64,000 nt of DNA. Origin: an uncultured cyanobacterium. GTDB lineage: Bacteria > Cyanobacteriota > Cyanobacteriia > PCC-9006 > JAAUQQ01. The first letter of the stretch is position 1. Each line of letters begins with the position of its first letter. Shown here piece by piece: positions 12,810 to 21,651 of the stretch. The stretch lies in NCBI GenBank assembly GCA_963718615.1, contig OY970368.1:2016001-2080000 (forward strand). Direction: 5' to 3'. The translations under genes were made by a program, and so were the position numbers. Below the pieces are notes generated by a model. That model did not search any database. It saw only the letters and a program-made list of their open reading frames with translations, and was not told the DNA's origin.

Positions 12810-13607
12810 GTGTCCTTGAACAAACGAGGTCCGACCTACGCGGCTCCGAGCAATCGAGATCACCTCAAGGATGGGGTGTTCTTGGTGGCGCTACGGGGAG
12901 CTCCCGATCGCGATACCCCCCGTCATCGGCAGCAGGTCTTTGACCATCTGATGGAACAATTTGAGCAAGGACTTCCCCCCTTTGATGGGGAAGACTGCTT
13001 TCTCAATGGATTGAGTGAGCAGGATTTGATTTATATTCCACCCTCCTCTGCAACGGCTATGAGCAAATCTTCGACCAAGGGCTCCGACACTAAATCCTCC
13101 GACGCTAAATCCTCCGAGCCTAAATCTGCCGATACCCAATCTGCCGATACCCAATCCACGAACGCCAAATTCACAGACAGCAAGTCTGCCGAGCAGGCGG
13201 AAGCTGAGGGCACGGTGACTCGAACAAGCGATCGCCCTCCCTCCAGCGCTGACGCTGCCTCTGAGGCGGAAGCTGTGATTTTGGCCGCCAACGAAATTTT
13301 GGATCTAGCTAAACTGCGGGTGGCCCTCGCCAGTGCCTTTCGAGAGGCCCAGCAGTACAAAGACCTAGTTTTTAAGATTGTCAACGACAACGCCGGTCAT
13401 CTCAGCGAAGAAGAATGCGAAATTGTTTCGCAGAAAAACTTTGCCAAAAGCATTCGGGGGTTAGCCGAAGCCCGCGTCAAGATTACCCAATGGTATGAAA
13501 ATTCTTCAGGGAACCATGAGCTGATTTTGAATGAGCTGAGTTTTATGAACGAGGAAATTGCTGAGACCTTGGCGATCGCCGAACAAAACGGCAAATCGAC
13601 GAACTAA
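12810..13607 (+). CDS. Hypothetical protein with S/T/D/K pentapeptide linker
   Basis: 265-aa GTG-start ORF filling the gap between opcA and the convergent TolB-like genes. Confidence 0.65.
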   Translation: MSLNKRGPTYAAPSNRDHLKDGVFLVALRGAPDRDTPRHRQQVFDHLMEQFEQGLPPFDGEDCFLNGLSEQDLIYIPPSSATAMSKSSTKGSDTKSSDAKSSEPKSADTQSADTQSTNAKFTDSKSAEQAEAEGTVTRTSDRPPSSADAASEAEAVILAANEILDLAKLRVALASAFREAQQYKDLVFKIVNDNAGHLSEEECEIVSQKNFAKSIRGLAEARVKITQWYENSSGNHELILNELSFMNEEIAETLAIAEQNGKSTN

Positions 13608-14152
13608 CGCACCCCCAGAAACCGTCCCTGGCGATCGACCACCGCGATATCCCACTGCCCATTGCGACTGAGCTCAAAGGCTATGCGCTCCCCATTGGCA
13701 CTGATGCTGGGGTTGCGCACTTCGCTGTTTAATCCAGAGACTAGACTACGGACCTGTGCCCGATCTCGTCGATAAAGGAACAGGGCCGATCGCCCCCCTT
13801 GACTGGCGGTAAAGACTAACCACTGACCATCCTCGGAAACGCTGGGATGGCTGGCGAGATTGCCCAAACGACCAATGCCAGGAAGGGGGAGCAAGCGGCG
13901 ATCGCGCAGGTCAAACAAATACAGCTCCTGGCTGCCGCGCCGGTCTGAGACCAAGGCAATATAACGCCCTGAAACCTGGGGCTGAACTTCGTCATAGCGG
14001 CTGTTGAGGCTATTATTGCCATCCTGCTGGTAGGGGAAGCGCAAGGGCTGACCGCCGCTGACCGCCGAGCATCCGCCGAGGAGGAGCAACAGCCAGAAGA
14101 GAGTCACAGACTGAATGACAACAGGTCCAAACTTTACAGGTCTAAACTTCAA
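13604..14152 (-). CDS. TolB-like (PD40 repeat) lipoprotein
   Basis: Lipobox LGGC; PSVSEDG and PSISANG PD40 repeats. Confidence 0.85.
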   Translation of the reverse strand: MKFRPVKFGPVVIQSVTLFWLLLLLGGCSAVSGGQPLRFPYQQDGNNSLNSRYDEVQPQVSGRYIALVSDRRGSQELYLFDLRDRRLLPLPGIGRLGNLASHPSVSEDGQWLVFTASQGGRSALFLYRRDRAQVRSLVSGLNSEVRNPSISANGERIAFELSRNGQWDIAVVDRQGRFLGVR

Positions 14153-14736
14153 GGGGCAGTCCCTCCGGCTTCAGGGTCTGAGAGCGCTGGAAGTCCTGGG
14201 GGAATACCCTGGGGGAGATCTAGCACCACGCTCGGCCCTCGATCGATCACTTCGACATCCCACTGGCCGTTTCGCGCCGTTTCAAATACCACATACCGAC
14301 CATCGGCACTTACGCTGGGATTACGGACGGGGCTACGGTAGCCCAAGGTCAAAATTTGTCGGCGTTGGGCAATGCGATCATACAGTTCGATACGGGGTTG
14401 ACGGCGATCGCTCACCCCATAAACCAAATACCGAGCCGAGCGGCTTAAGCTCGGACTGTCCACGATAGCATCTTGGCGATATAGCTGAGGTAGCCGCACC
14501 GCCTGTTGTTGTGCCAAATCATAGAGCACCAGCTCCTGTTTTCCCGCGCGATTAGAAATAAACGCGAGATAGCGACCATCGCCGCTCAGTGCCGGTTGGG
14601 ATTCGGTATAGCGGCTGTTGACCGTTGCATAGCTGCCCAGGGAGGGGGAAGGCTGGCAACCCACTAGGCCCAGCGCTGTGGCAAACACCATCCCGAGAAA
14701 AATGGGTGCCGCAGCACCCACTCCCTTCTTAGTCAT
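14149..14736 (-). CDS. TolB-like (PD40 repeat) lipoprotein
   Basis: Lipobox LVGC; PALSGDGRY and PSVSADGRY repeats; start MTKKG overlaps the ycf66 stop. Confidence 0.85.
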   Translation of the reverse strand: MTKKGVGAAAPIFLGMVFATALGLVGCQPSPSLGSYATVNSRYTESQPALSGDGRYLAFISNRAGKQELVLYDLAQQQAVRLPQLYRQDAIVDSPSLSRSARYLVYGVSDRRQPRIELYDRIAQRRQILTLGYRSPVRNPSVSADGRYVVFETARNGQWDVEVIDRGPSVVLDLPQGIPPGLPALSDPEAGGTAP

Positions 14737-15895
14737 CAAAATTCGATGAATTATCAAACTCATCCTCGGGCGGCGGGGTGAGGGGTTTGAACTCCACATA
14801 ACCCTCGTCACCGGATCTAGGGCTAGAGGTCGGTGTATTGGGTTTCGGCTCTGGACGGAGGGGAGAGCCGAGAGGAGGCTGGCCTGTTCTGTCCATGGGA
14901 GAACGGTCTATCGGAGAACGTTCCATTGGAGGACGATCGCCCTGGGGACGATCGGCAGAAGAACGACGCCGCCGGGGGCGATCGCCCAAGTCTTCATCCA
15001 CGACTGGATTCACCGGAGGCACATCATTGCGAGGACGACGGCGGGGCGGTGGGCTGAGGTCATCCGGATTGCGAACTCCCAAATCCCGAGGATTGACGTC
15101 CCGAGGATTTACATCCCGAGGATTTACATCCCGAGAATTCACCTCGCGGGCTCCACCTTCCCGCGCACCCCGATCCCGCACCGGTTCATCGCCCCAATCA
15201 TCCGCAGAACGACTCGGCGTCACCGGGGGCACCTCCCGACGAGGGGGCTGACTGCTGCGACTGCGCGGTTGGCGATCGTCCCATTCATCCAGCGAAGCAC
15301 GACCCCGCTCCCGAGGGCGATCGACTACATCCTGGGAAGGACGACTTCGGCGGCTACTATCCTGGGAAGGATAACCCTGGGGAGCACGGCGTGCAGGAGC
15401 ATCCAACTCCTCCTCATAGCCTTCCCGAGGTTCACTGCCCCGAATCCGGCGCGGCTGGCGGCGTGGGTCATCCGGGCGATCGTAGGTATCAATCTCAGCC
15501 TCATAGCGATAGACCGTGCTCACCGGTCTATCCTCCTCATAGAACGATGAACTGCGGCGACCCCGGTCCCGTTCGGTGCTGACCCGTTTCCGAAAGCTAT
15601 CGAAGGCTCCTCGGCGTAGACCTGGGTCTCTAGGCTGTCGGGTACTCACGTTTTCCCACATCAGCGCGATCAGCATGCCAATCATGAGCAGGAGCTGAAA
15701 CGAAATTAAAATTGAAACACCAGAGATCGATCCCAGGGTGATCAGCGCACAAATCACACCAATAAAAGCGTAGATGTTGTCCGAGTCACGCCGCAGCTCA
15801 GGCTTCAACCGCCCAAACAAAAACAAGGCAAGTGCTGCAACCAGAAGAACCAGACCACATAGCAGTGCAGTTGTATTAAACGTACCCACAATCAT
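14729..15895 (-). CDS. ycf66: Ycf66 family protein with R/P/D-rich disordered tail
   Basis: Membrane N-terminus with KPELRRDSD; lies downstream of psbX, a conserved cyanobacterial arrangement. Confidence 0.8.
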   Translation of the reverse strand: MIVGTFNTTALLCGLVLLVAALALFLFGRLKPELRRDSDNIYAFIGVICALITLGSISGVSILISFQLLLMIGMLIALMWENVSTRQPRDPGLRRGAFDSFRKRVSTERDRGRRSSSFYEEDRPVSTVYRYEAEIDTYDRPDDPRRQPRRIRGSEPREGYEEELDAPARRAPQGYPSQDSSRRSRPSQDVVDRPRERGRASLDEWDDRQPRSRSSQPPRREVPPVTPSRSADDWGDEPVRDRGAREGGAREVNSRDVNPRDVNPRDVNPRDLGVRNPDDLSPPPRRRPRNDVPPVNPVVDEDLGDRPRRRRSSADRPQGDRPPMERSPIDRSPMDRTGQPPLGSPLRPEPKPNTPTSSPRSGDEGYVEFKPLTPPPEDEFDNSSNFDD

Positions 15896-16200
15896 TTCCT
15901 CTCATCGGCTGCCAACTGCACAGTAGAGACAGATCTGCCCCTTGGAACAGGGCCGCAACAATCTGCATTAAGCCACTGCCCAACGTCGCCTGGGCGAAGA
16001 GCGGGGGCATCACTGCCCCGGTCGCACAACCTATTGGGGTCATCGATAAAAGGTTCACTCGTTAACTCCGTCCTGTGGGAAGCATCATCCTGGAAAAGTA
16101 TGCTTCTAGAAGCAAGTCTAGAAGCAGGTCTGGGCTCTACGGGCCGCCCTTATCCTACCCGATGGGGACCCTTTCGTCCTCTACCTATCCTAGCCAAAAA

Positions 16201-16232
16201 GCGAACGGACTCTCCGGCGAGAGTCCGTTGCT
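16201..16232 (-). terminator. Hairpin downstream of psbX
   Basis: AACGGACTCTC-CGGC-GAGAGTCCGTT with an A-run on the left. Confidence 0.6.
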
Positions 16233-16303
16233 AAGGGGGATTGGAATAGGGTAATGCAATAAAAACGGCGTCTCGCACTCCAAGGCGAAACCCCGAGGAG
16301 AGA

Positions 16304-16423
16304 TTAGGAGCGTTTTACCTTATCGGTTTGGCTGACGAACAGGAGCCCAACGGTGAGCGGAACAACGACGATCAATCCACCCAACAGAAGGCTCAACATG
16401 AAGTTTGCTAAAGACGGTGTCAT
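16304..16423 (-). CDS. psbX: Photosystem II protein X
   Basis: Too short for the ORF track; manual translation [39 protein letters not shown]. Confidence 0.95.
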   Translation of the reverse strand: MTPSLANFMLSLLLGGLIVVVPLTVGLLFVSQTDKVKRS

Positions 16424-16538
16424 ATTTTTCTACCCTTTTATGAGGATACAGGCGCGATAAAGTCTGTTGCTTAAGATTTTAGCGGTATGCCCCCCTTCTC
16501 GTTAAGATCTTGTAAGAGAGTCTTTAAGTTTTGCAACT

Positions 16539-16844
16539 ATGACGGCGCTGACGATTACGAGTTGGATCCTGGGACCGCTGCTGGCAGTCATGACGTTTGC
16601 GTTCATTTTTCGGATTGTTTTGACTTGGTATCCCCAGGTTGAGCAGGGAAAGTTTCCGTTTAATTGGGTCATTGCGCCGACGGAACCGTTCTTGGCTCCG
16701 ACCCGCAAGCTGGTGCCCCCGATTGGCGGGGTGGATATTTCACCCATTATTTGGGTGGGACTGTTTAGTCTGGTGCGGGAGATTCTCCTCGGCCAGCAAG
16801 GGCTGATTACGATGGCAATAACGGCGATGACGGTTGGGGTGTAG
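16539..16844 (+). CDS. YggT/Ycf19 family membrane protein
   Basis: RIVLTWYP...PTEPFLAPTRKLVPPIGGVDISP. Confidence 0.92.
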   Translation: MTALTITSWILGPLLAVMTFAFIFRIVLTWYPQVEQGKFPFNWVIAPTEPFLAPTRKLVPPIGGVDISPIIWVGLFSLVREILLGQQGLITMAITAMTVGV

Positions 16845-18111
16845 CTAGGACCTTATCGACTCGGTTGCCATCCATATCCATGACCTCGAAGGTCCAGCCT
16901 GCGTACTCGAACCGGTCTGCTGCGCGGGGAATTTTTCCTAGACAGTGGATCACAAAGCCGCCGAGGGTGTGATAGCTGCCGCGATTTTCCGGTTCTTCGA
17001 GTTTGAGAAGGTCTTGTACCGCTTCAATATCCATCATGCCGTCAATCAGCCAAGAACCGTCTTCGCGCTGCTGAGCTTCTAATTCTTCTGGGGTATCCCA
17101 GGAGGGCACATCCCCCACAAGGGCTTCTAAGATGTCCCCGAGGGTGACCAAGCCCTGAATGACGCCATATTCATCAATCACTAGGGCGGTGTGGATGCGG
17201 GATTGTTTGAAGCGTTCTAGGACCTTGAGCGATCGCATGGTCTCCGGCACGACCAAGGGCTGTTCTAACTCCCTTGTCAGGTCAAAGGCTTGTTGGGCCA
17301 ATGCGTTGTTGAGTAGATCATTGACGCTCACCAGCCCCAAAATGTCATCTAAATCTCCCTGACAAACGGGCAACCGTCGATGCTTGCAATGGGCAATTTT
17401 TTGCTGGTTTTCCTGGCTAGAGTCTTCTAAATCAAGCCAAATGACGTCGGGACGAGGGGTCATGATGCTGCTGACTTTGCGATCGCCCAGTCGAAACACC
17501 CGCTCCATGATGGCTTGTTCTTCCTCTTCGAACGTCCCTTCCTCGGTGCCTTGGCGAATAAACGCGCGGATTTCTTCCTCGGTGACGCTGGGTTCATTAG
17601 AGGGTTCGATCTGGAGCAGTCCCATGACCGCTTTTGTGGAGAGGCTTAGCAAACCGACAATGGGTGAGGCTAGGCGGGATAGGGTTTGCATCGGGCCTGC
17701 GATGGTTTTGGCGATCGCTTCGGGCATGGTCAGGGCCAGTTGCTTGGGCACCAGTTCGCCAATGATCAGCGACAGGTAGGTAATTGCAACTACAACTAGA
17801 CCAAAGGCAAGATTTCCGGCATAGGGACGCAGAAGGGGGATGGTCTTAAAAAAGGTTGCGATGGGTTCCGACAGGGCTGCGCCGCCAAAGGCACCACTGA
17901 TAATACTGATGAGGGTGATGCCAACCTGCACGGTGGAAAAAAAGTCGTTGGGTCGATTGGCCAATTGCAGGGCCGCTTGGGCACGGCGATCGCCCCGAAG
18001 GGCGGCCTGCTGAAGCCGAACTTTGCGGGCGGAGACGATTGCCAGTTCAGACATTGCAAAAATGCCGTTGGCCAGGATTAACGCCAGAACGATCAGGGTG
18101 TTGGTCAGCAT
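16807..18111 (-). CDS. Hemolysin/CorC (CNNM-CBS-CorC) family protein
   Basis: NGIFAMSELAIVS, GELVPK, CBS pair and TLGGF...DGNRVDKV. Confidence 0.93.
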   Translation of the reverse strand: MLTNTLIVLALILANGIFAMSELAIVSARKVRLQQAALRGDRRAQAALQLANRPNDFFSTVQVGITLISIISGAFGGAALSEPIATFFKTIPLLRPYAGNLAFGLVVVAITYLSLIIGELVPKQLALTMPEAIAKTIAGPMQTLSRLASPIVGLLSLSTKAVMGLLQIEPSNEPSVTEEEIRAFIRQGTEEGTFEEEEQAIMERVFRLGDRKVSSIMTPRPDVIWLDLEDSSQENQQKIAHCKHRRLPVCQGDLDDILGLVSVNDLLNNALAQQAFDLTRELEQPLVVPETMRSLKVLERFKQSRIHTALVIDEYGVIQGLVTLGDILEALVGDVPSWDTPEELEAQQREDGSWLIDGMMDIEAVQDLLKLEEPENRGSYHTLGGFVIHCLGKIPRAADRFEYAGWTFEVMDMDGNRVDKVLATPQPSSPLLPS

Positions 18112-18232
18112 GGAGGAGTCAGAGGCAAGCCGTACTAGAGCAATAAAGCGTAGCCTTCACATCCTAAGCGGATCAGTGAGTTTAGAATAAAACTATAACC
18201 TGTCCTGCAAACGGATTTTTGAGGCGATTAGG

Positions 18233-18706
18233 ATGTTGAAGTTCTTATTTCCAGTACTATTTGCGGTCTCTTTAAGTGCTTGTGGTGTTTCAGGCAATGG
18301 TCCAGCTAGCCAACAGGATCTAGTCTTTAAACTTCTTCAGGAGCGGGAATGCCTAGAATGTAATTTGACAAACGCCAGTCTATCCAAAACTAACCTTAGC
18401 CAAGTTCGTCTGAACCGGAGCAACTTACAATCCGCTGATCTAAGTCAAGCGGATCTTTCAGGTGCGTTGTTAGACAGTACCAATTTACAAGATGCTAATT
18501 TAAGCGAGGCCAACCTCACGGGTGCAACCCTAGCCGATGCTGATTTAACTGGGGCAAATCTATCAAGGGCTAACCTAAACAATACCTTTTTGTCAGGTGC
18601 GATCTTAACAGGAGCTGACTTGAGTAATGCCGATTTAAGTACAGCGGATTTGAGCGCAGTCGATCTATCCCAAGCAAAAACTACTGGAGCAAAGTTACCC
18701 CAGTAG
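18233..18706 (+). CDS. Pentapeptide repeat lipoprotein
   Basis: Lipobox LSAC; CLECNL followed by A(D/N)LS repeats. Confidence 0.9.
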   Translation: MLKFLFPVLFAVSLSACGVSGNGPASQQDLVFKLLQERECLECNLTNASLSKTNLSQVRLNRSNLQSADLSQADLSGALLDSTNLQDANLSEANLTGATLADADLTGANLSRANLNNTFLSGAILTGADLSNADLSTADLSAVDLSQAKTTGAKLPQ

Positions 18707-18781
18707 AGCAGTTATGGAGAGGAAGTGAAAATCAGTGTAAAACTAGTCTAAAACCAGTCTAAAACTAGGCTGATATGTTTT

Positions 18782-19831
18782 CTATTTCCAGCCAACGCGA
18801 TTAGCAATTTTGATTGCTTCTGAGCTGTTACGGCCATAGCTCACTATATTGATATTTGCCTCCTTAAAGGAGCCATAGCGAGCTAGAATTGAGTCTAGCT
18901 GTACCCCTTTAGTAACGGGGTATTCATTGTTTCCTCTTGCAAAGAAGTCTTGAGCTTTAGGGCTACTGAGGTATTCCAAAAACTTAATGGCGGCGGCTTT
19001 ATTCTTAGAGGTAGACACAACACCTCCTCCACTAATATTGACATGGGTTCCCCAGGTTTTCTGATTGGGGAAGAAGATGCCGACCTTACGGGCGATCGCC
19101 TGTTCTTTCGGGTCCTGGGATTTGACCAGTCGAATCACATAGTAGCTATTACAAATTGCTAGATCACCCATCCCTGCGGCTACAGCTCGAATTTGATCCG
19201 TATCGCCACCTTCCGGTTGTCTGGCTAGGTTTTTAACAAGGCCCTGAGCCCATCTTTCAGTGTTGGCTTTTCCTAATTTTTCAATCAGCGCTGACATTAA
19301 TGAAACGTTATAGACGTTGCTAGAAGAACGAACCAAAAGTTTGCCTTTCCATTTGGCATTGGCCAAGTCTTCGTAGGTGGAAAGTTGGGTGGGATTGATG
19401 CGATCGCGATTGTAAACAATAATCCGCGCTCGTTTAGACAAGCCATACCATTTGCCCTGGGGATGGCGTAAATTACCGGGAATACGCTGGTTTAAAACTG
19501 ACGAAGAACTGGAAGCCAACAGGCCCATGCTCTCCGCCCGCCAAAGGCGTCCCGCATCTACCGTAATCAAAACATCTGCCGGACCATTGCGACCTTCGCT
19601 TTTGATCCGCTCCAAAATTTCATCGTCTTTACCCTCCAACAGATTGATCTTGATTCCTGTCTGCTCGGTAAAGCCGGAATAAAGGGCGTTATCTGTGTTG
19701 TAGTGGCGTGATGAATAAACGTTAAGAACTTTAGTTTGGGCTTCACTGGGCTGCGATCGCAACAGTTGTACTCCCCCAAACGCGGCGCTTGCCATTCCCA
19801 TCGCTACAAACCTACGCCGAGTCGTTGTCAT
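18782..19831 (-). CDS. futA: Fe(III) ABC transporter substrate-binding protein (FutA/IdiA)
   Basis: Tat signal TRRRFV; YSSRHY, DAGRL, NSYY and GTHVNISG motifs. Confidence 0.93.
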   Translation of the reverse strand: MTTTRRRFVAMGMASAAFGGVQLLRSQPSEAQTKVLNVYSSRHYNTDNALYSGFTEQTGIKINLLEGKDDEILERIKSEGRNGPADVLITVDAGRLWRAESMGLLASSSSSVLNQRIPGNLRHPQGKWYGLSKRARIIVYNRDRINPTQLSTYEDLANAKWKGKLLVRSSSNVYNVSLMSALIEKLGKANTERWAQGLVKNLARQPEGGDTDQIRAVAAGMGDLAICNSYYVIRLVKSQDPKEQAIARKVGIFFPNQKTWGTHVNISGGGVVSTSKNKAAAIKFLEYLSSPKAQDFFARGNNEYPVTKGVQLDSILARYGSFKEANINIVSYGRNSSEAIKIANRVGWK

Positions 19832-19849
19832 GTCAATTGCCGTCCTACT

Positions 19850-19890
19850 ATTGAGAATAAATTACATTAAAGCTGATATTAAAATCAATA
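19850..19890. promoter_or_regulatory. Putative Fur box(es) upstream of futA
   Basis: ATTGAGAATAAATTACATT plus adjacent TGATATTAAAATCAATA; AT-rich 19-bp imperfect palindrome. Confidence 0.55.
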
Positions 19891-20108
19891 AACCAAAAAA
19901 TCAAACAAAAGTCATTATTAATTATGCTTGTATTAATGAGAATGCCTTGATCCAGCTGTGGAGCGATCTATGTGAGAATTCTAGGATTTATAGGCTTTGA
20001 GGCAGTTATTCTTGAGGTATCGGTGGCTTCTGGGATCAACCCCAGCTCAAGCTTTATTGACATTTTTTTGTATTATGTTTGTCTTTTGCTACCTAGTCTT
20101 CTAGGCTA

Positions 20109-20127
20109 ATTGATAGACAATTTCAAT
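20109..20127. promoter_or_regulatory. Putative Fur box
   Basis: ATTGATAGACAATTTCAAT, 11 nt before the start at 20139. Confidence 0.55.
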
Positions 20128-20138
20128 AGAGAAGAGAC

Positions 20139-20879
20139 ATGGCTCAGCGCTTAAGGGTGGTGGAACTGTTTCTGGCTGTAGGTTTGACCGCATCAATGGC
20201 AGCCTGCACAGCCCCCTCTGACTTGAGAGGGAAAAGGACAGCAGAAAGTACGCCAGCTCCGGCGGTGGAATCAAGCGTAGAAAGACAGGAAGGCGGCGAA
20301 GGCGGTGAGGGCGGCGAAGAGGGTGCTGCCACCGCAAACTTGAATTGGGGGAATCGGTTTGACGAGGCTTCAGTGATTTCTGGCTTTACCAAGGCAACAG
20401 AAATCGATCAAGCTACATTAGAAGCAAGTACTTTCTATGTTCAAACCTTAGGAGTACCCGCACGAACACTCATGCAAGAGGCTATGGTGCGCAAAGGTGA
20501 GCGGTTATTTGAGCAGGCGAATTGTACGGCTTGTCATCTGGCGACGGTGAAGACAGGTTCTTCTCCGATTCGGGCTTTAGATCACCAAACCATTCATCCC
20601 TATACTGATTTGCTACTCCATGATCTAGGGCCAGGATTAGCGGATAACCGACCGGATTTTGAGGCAAGTGGCCAGGAATGGCGGACATCACCGCTATGGG
20701 GGCTAGGGTTAACGCAGACGGTTTTGCCGTTTTCAGGATATCTTCATGATGGACGTGCCCGAACCGTGGAGGAAGCGATTCTTTGGCATGGGGGCGAGGC
20801 GGAAAAGGCTCAACAGAGGTTTGTTAAGCTATCGCTGAAGGATCGTCAGGCACTATTAAAGTTTTTGAATACTTTGTAA
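20139..20879 (+). CDS. Chimeric lipoprotein: imelysin/IrpA-like N-terminus fused to the C-terminal half of a di-heme oxidoreductase (DUF1111); possible deletion remnant
   Basis: Lipobox MAAC and EGGEGGEGG, then FYVQTLGVPAR, a single CTACH, YTDLLLHD, EWRTSPLWGLG and YLHDGRART. Confidence 0.75.
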   Translation: MAQRLRVVELFLAVGLTASMAACTAPSDLRGKRTAESTPAPAVESSVERQEGGEGGEGGEEGAATANLNWGNRFDEASVISGFTKATEIDQATLEASTFYVQTLGVPARTLMQEAMVRKGERLFEQANCTACHLATVKTGSSPIRALDHQTIHPYTDLLLHDLGPGLADNRPDFEASGQEWRTSPLWGLGLTQTVLPFSGYLHDGRARTVEEAILWHGGEAEKAQQRFVKLSLKDRQALLKFLNTL

Positions 20880-21062
20880 TACCCGAAGCAAGATGTGATC
20901 CCTTGACCTTGGTCTATGGCTACCGATCGCCCATAACCTATGCTAGCTTGGAGCCGAATCCGCAGCAGCTTGCAAGGCAGCGGTTCAGGTTCTGTCTGCC
21001 TGACCGGCTCGCTTGGCCTCTGGCCAATGCGTGTGTCACCCAGCATGTTGCCCAGATTCACC

Positions 21063-21136
21063 GCCGGATTTGCTCAGTGGTCGAGCCGCTGTCTCACGGA
21101 TAGTGCAGGTGGGTTCGAATCCCACATCCAGCTCCA
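21063..21136 (+). tRNA. Atypical tRNA-like gene, anticodon CAC (Val)
   Basis: GCCGGAT/ATCCAGC acceptor with C3·A70 mismatch, GCTC/GAGC D-stem, GCTGT-CTCACGG-ATAGT, GTGGG-TTCGAAT-CCCAC, T-CCA end. Confidence 0.7.
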
Positions 21137-21139
21137 ACC

Positions 21140-21214
21140 CAAAAGTTAGCTCACTGGTAGAGCATCAGACTCATACTCTGACTGTTGCAGGTTCGATTCC
21201 TGCACTTTTAACCA
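21140..21214 (+). tRNA. Atypical tRNA, anticodon CAT (Met/Ile2-like)
   Basis: CAAAAGT/ACTTTTA acceptor with C1·A72, GCTC/GAGC, TCAGA-CTCATAC-TCTGA, GCAGG-TTCGATT-CCTGC, A-CCA end. Confidence 0.8.
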
Positions 21215-21218
21215 CCCC

Positions 21219-21540
21219 GCCTTTGGGTTAAGAGGCAACTGATTTGGGATCAGTCCAACGCTGTTTTTAAAGACTTCGCTGGGCCAGTGTTCCGCCTCTG
21301 TTGGGCTTCGGCTCAGACAGAAGCAGCAGCCCAAGGCTTGCGCGATCGCCCTCTGCTTTGGTTCCCACAGAACGGTTTGCCCTCGCTTGAGTTTGTCCTT
21401 CCTCCCCGACGTTTCCCTAGACTAGAACTTCGGCTCAGGTCCCTTGGAAATGGAGGCGCAACGAACGACAAATCCGCCCCAGTTCAAATTTTTAGCGCTG
21501 TCTTCGGGCATCCTAGGGTTTGGGTTGAGGCTTAATCCAG
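21219..21540 (+). ncRNA. Split tRNA-Pro(TGG)-like structured RNA upstream of slipin
   Basis: D-arm GCCT/AGGC and anticodon arm ACTGA-TTTGGGA-TCAGT, then ~280 nt with several TTCG-capped stems. Confidence 0.6.
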
Positions 21541-21626
21541 CGATCGCACCCCCTGCGTGACCCCTGCCATGGCCCATCGTCCGCCCCACCGCTGTGAACC
21601 CGTGCCTTGCGGAGTCTTTGTCTTTT

Positions 21627-21646
21627 ATGTAGCATTTGTATTACAT
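21627..21646. promoter_or_regulatory. Imperfect palindrome, candidate repressor operator
   Basis: ATGTAGCATTTGTATTACAT, 63 nt upstream of the slipin ATG. Confidence 0.45.
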
Positions 21647-21651
21647 ACGCC

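Noticed and set aside
21030-21046. GTGTCACCCAGC resembles the tRNA-Thr 3' end (possible att site)
   Set aside because: Short, imperfect, inverted relative to the tRNA, and no integrase nearby.
21215-21600. Group I intron or GOLLD RNA
   Set aside because: I could not find group I core motifs or GOLLD hallmarks; kept as an unclassified structured RNA.
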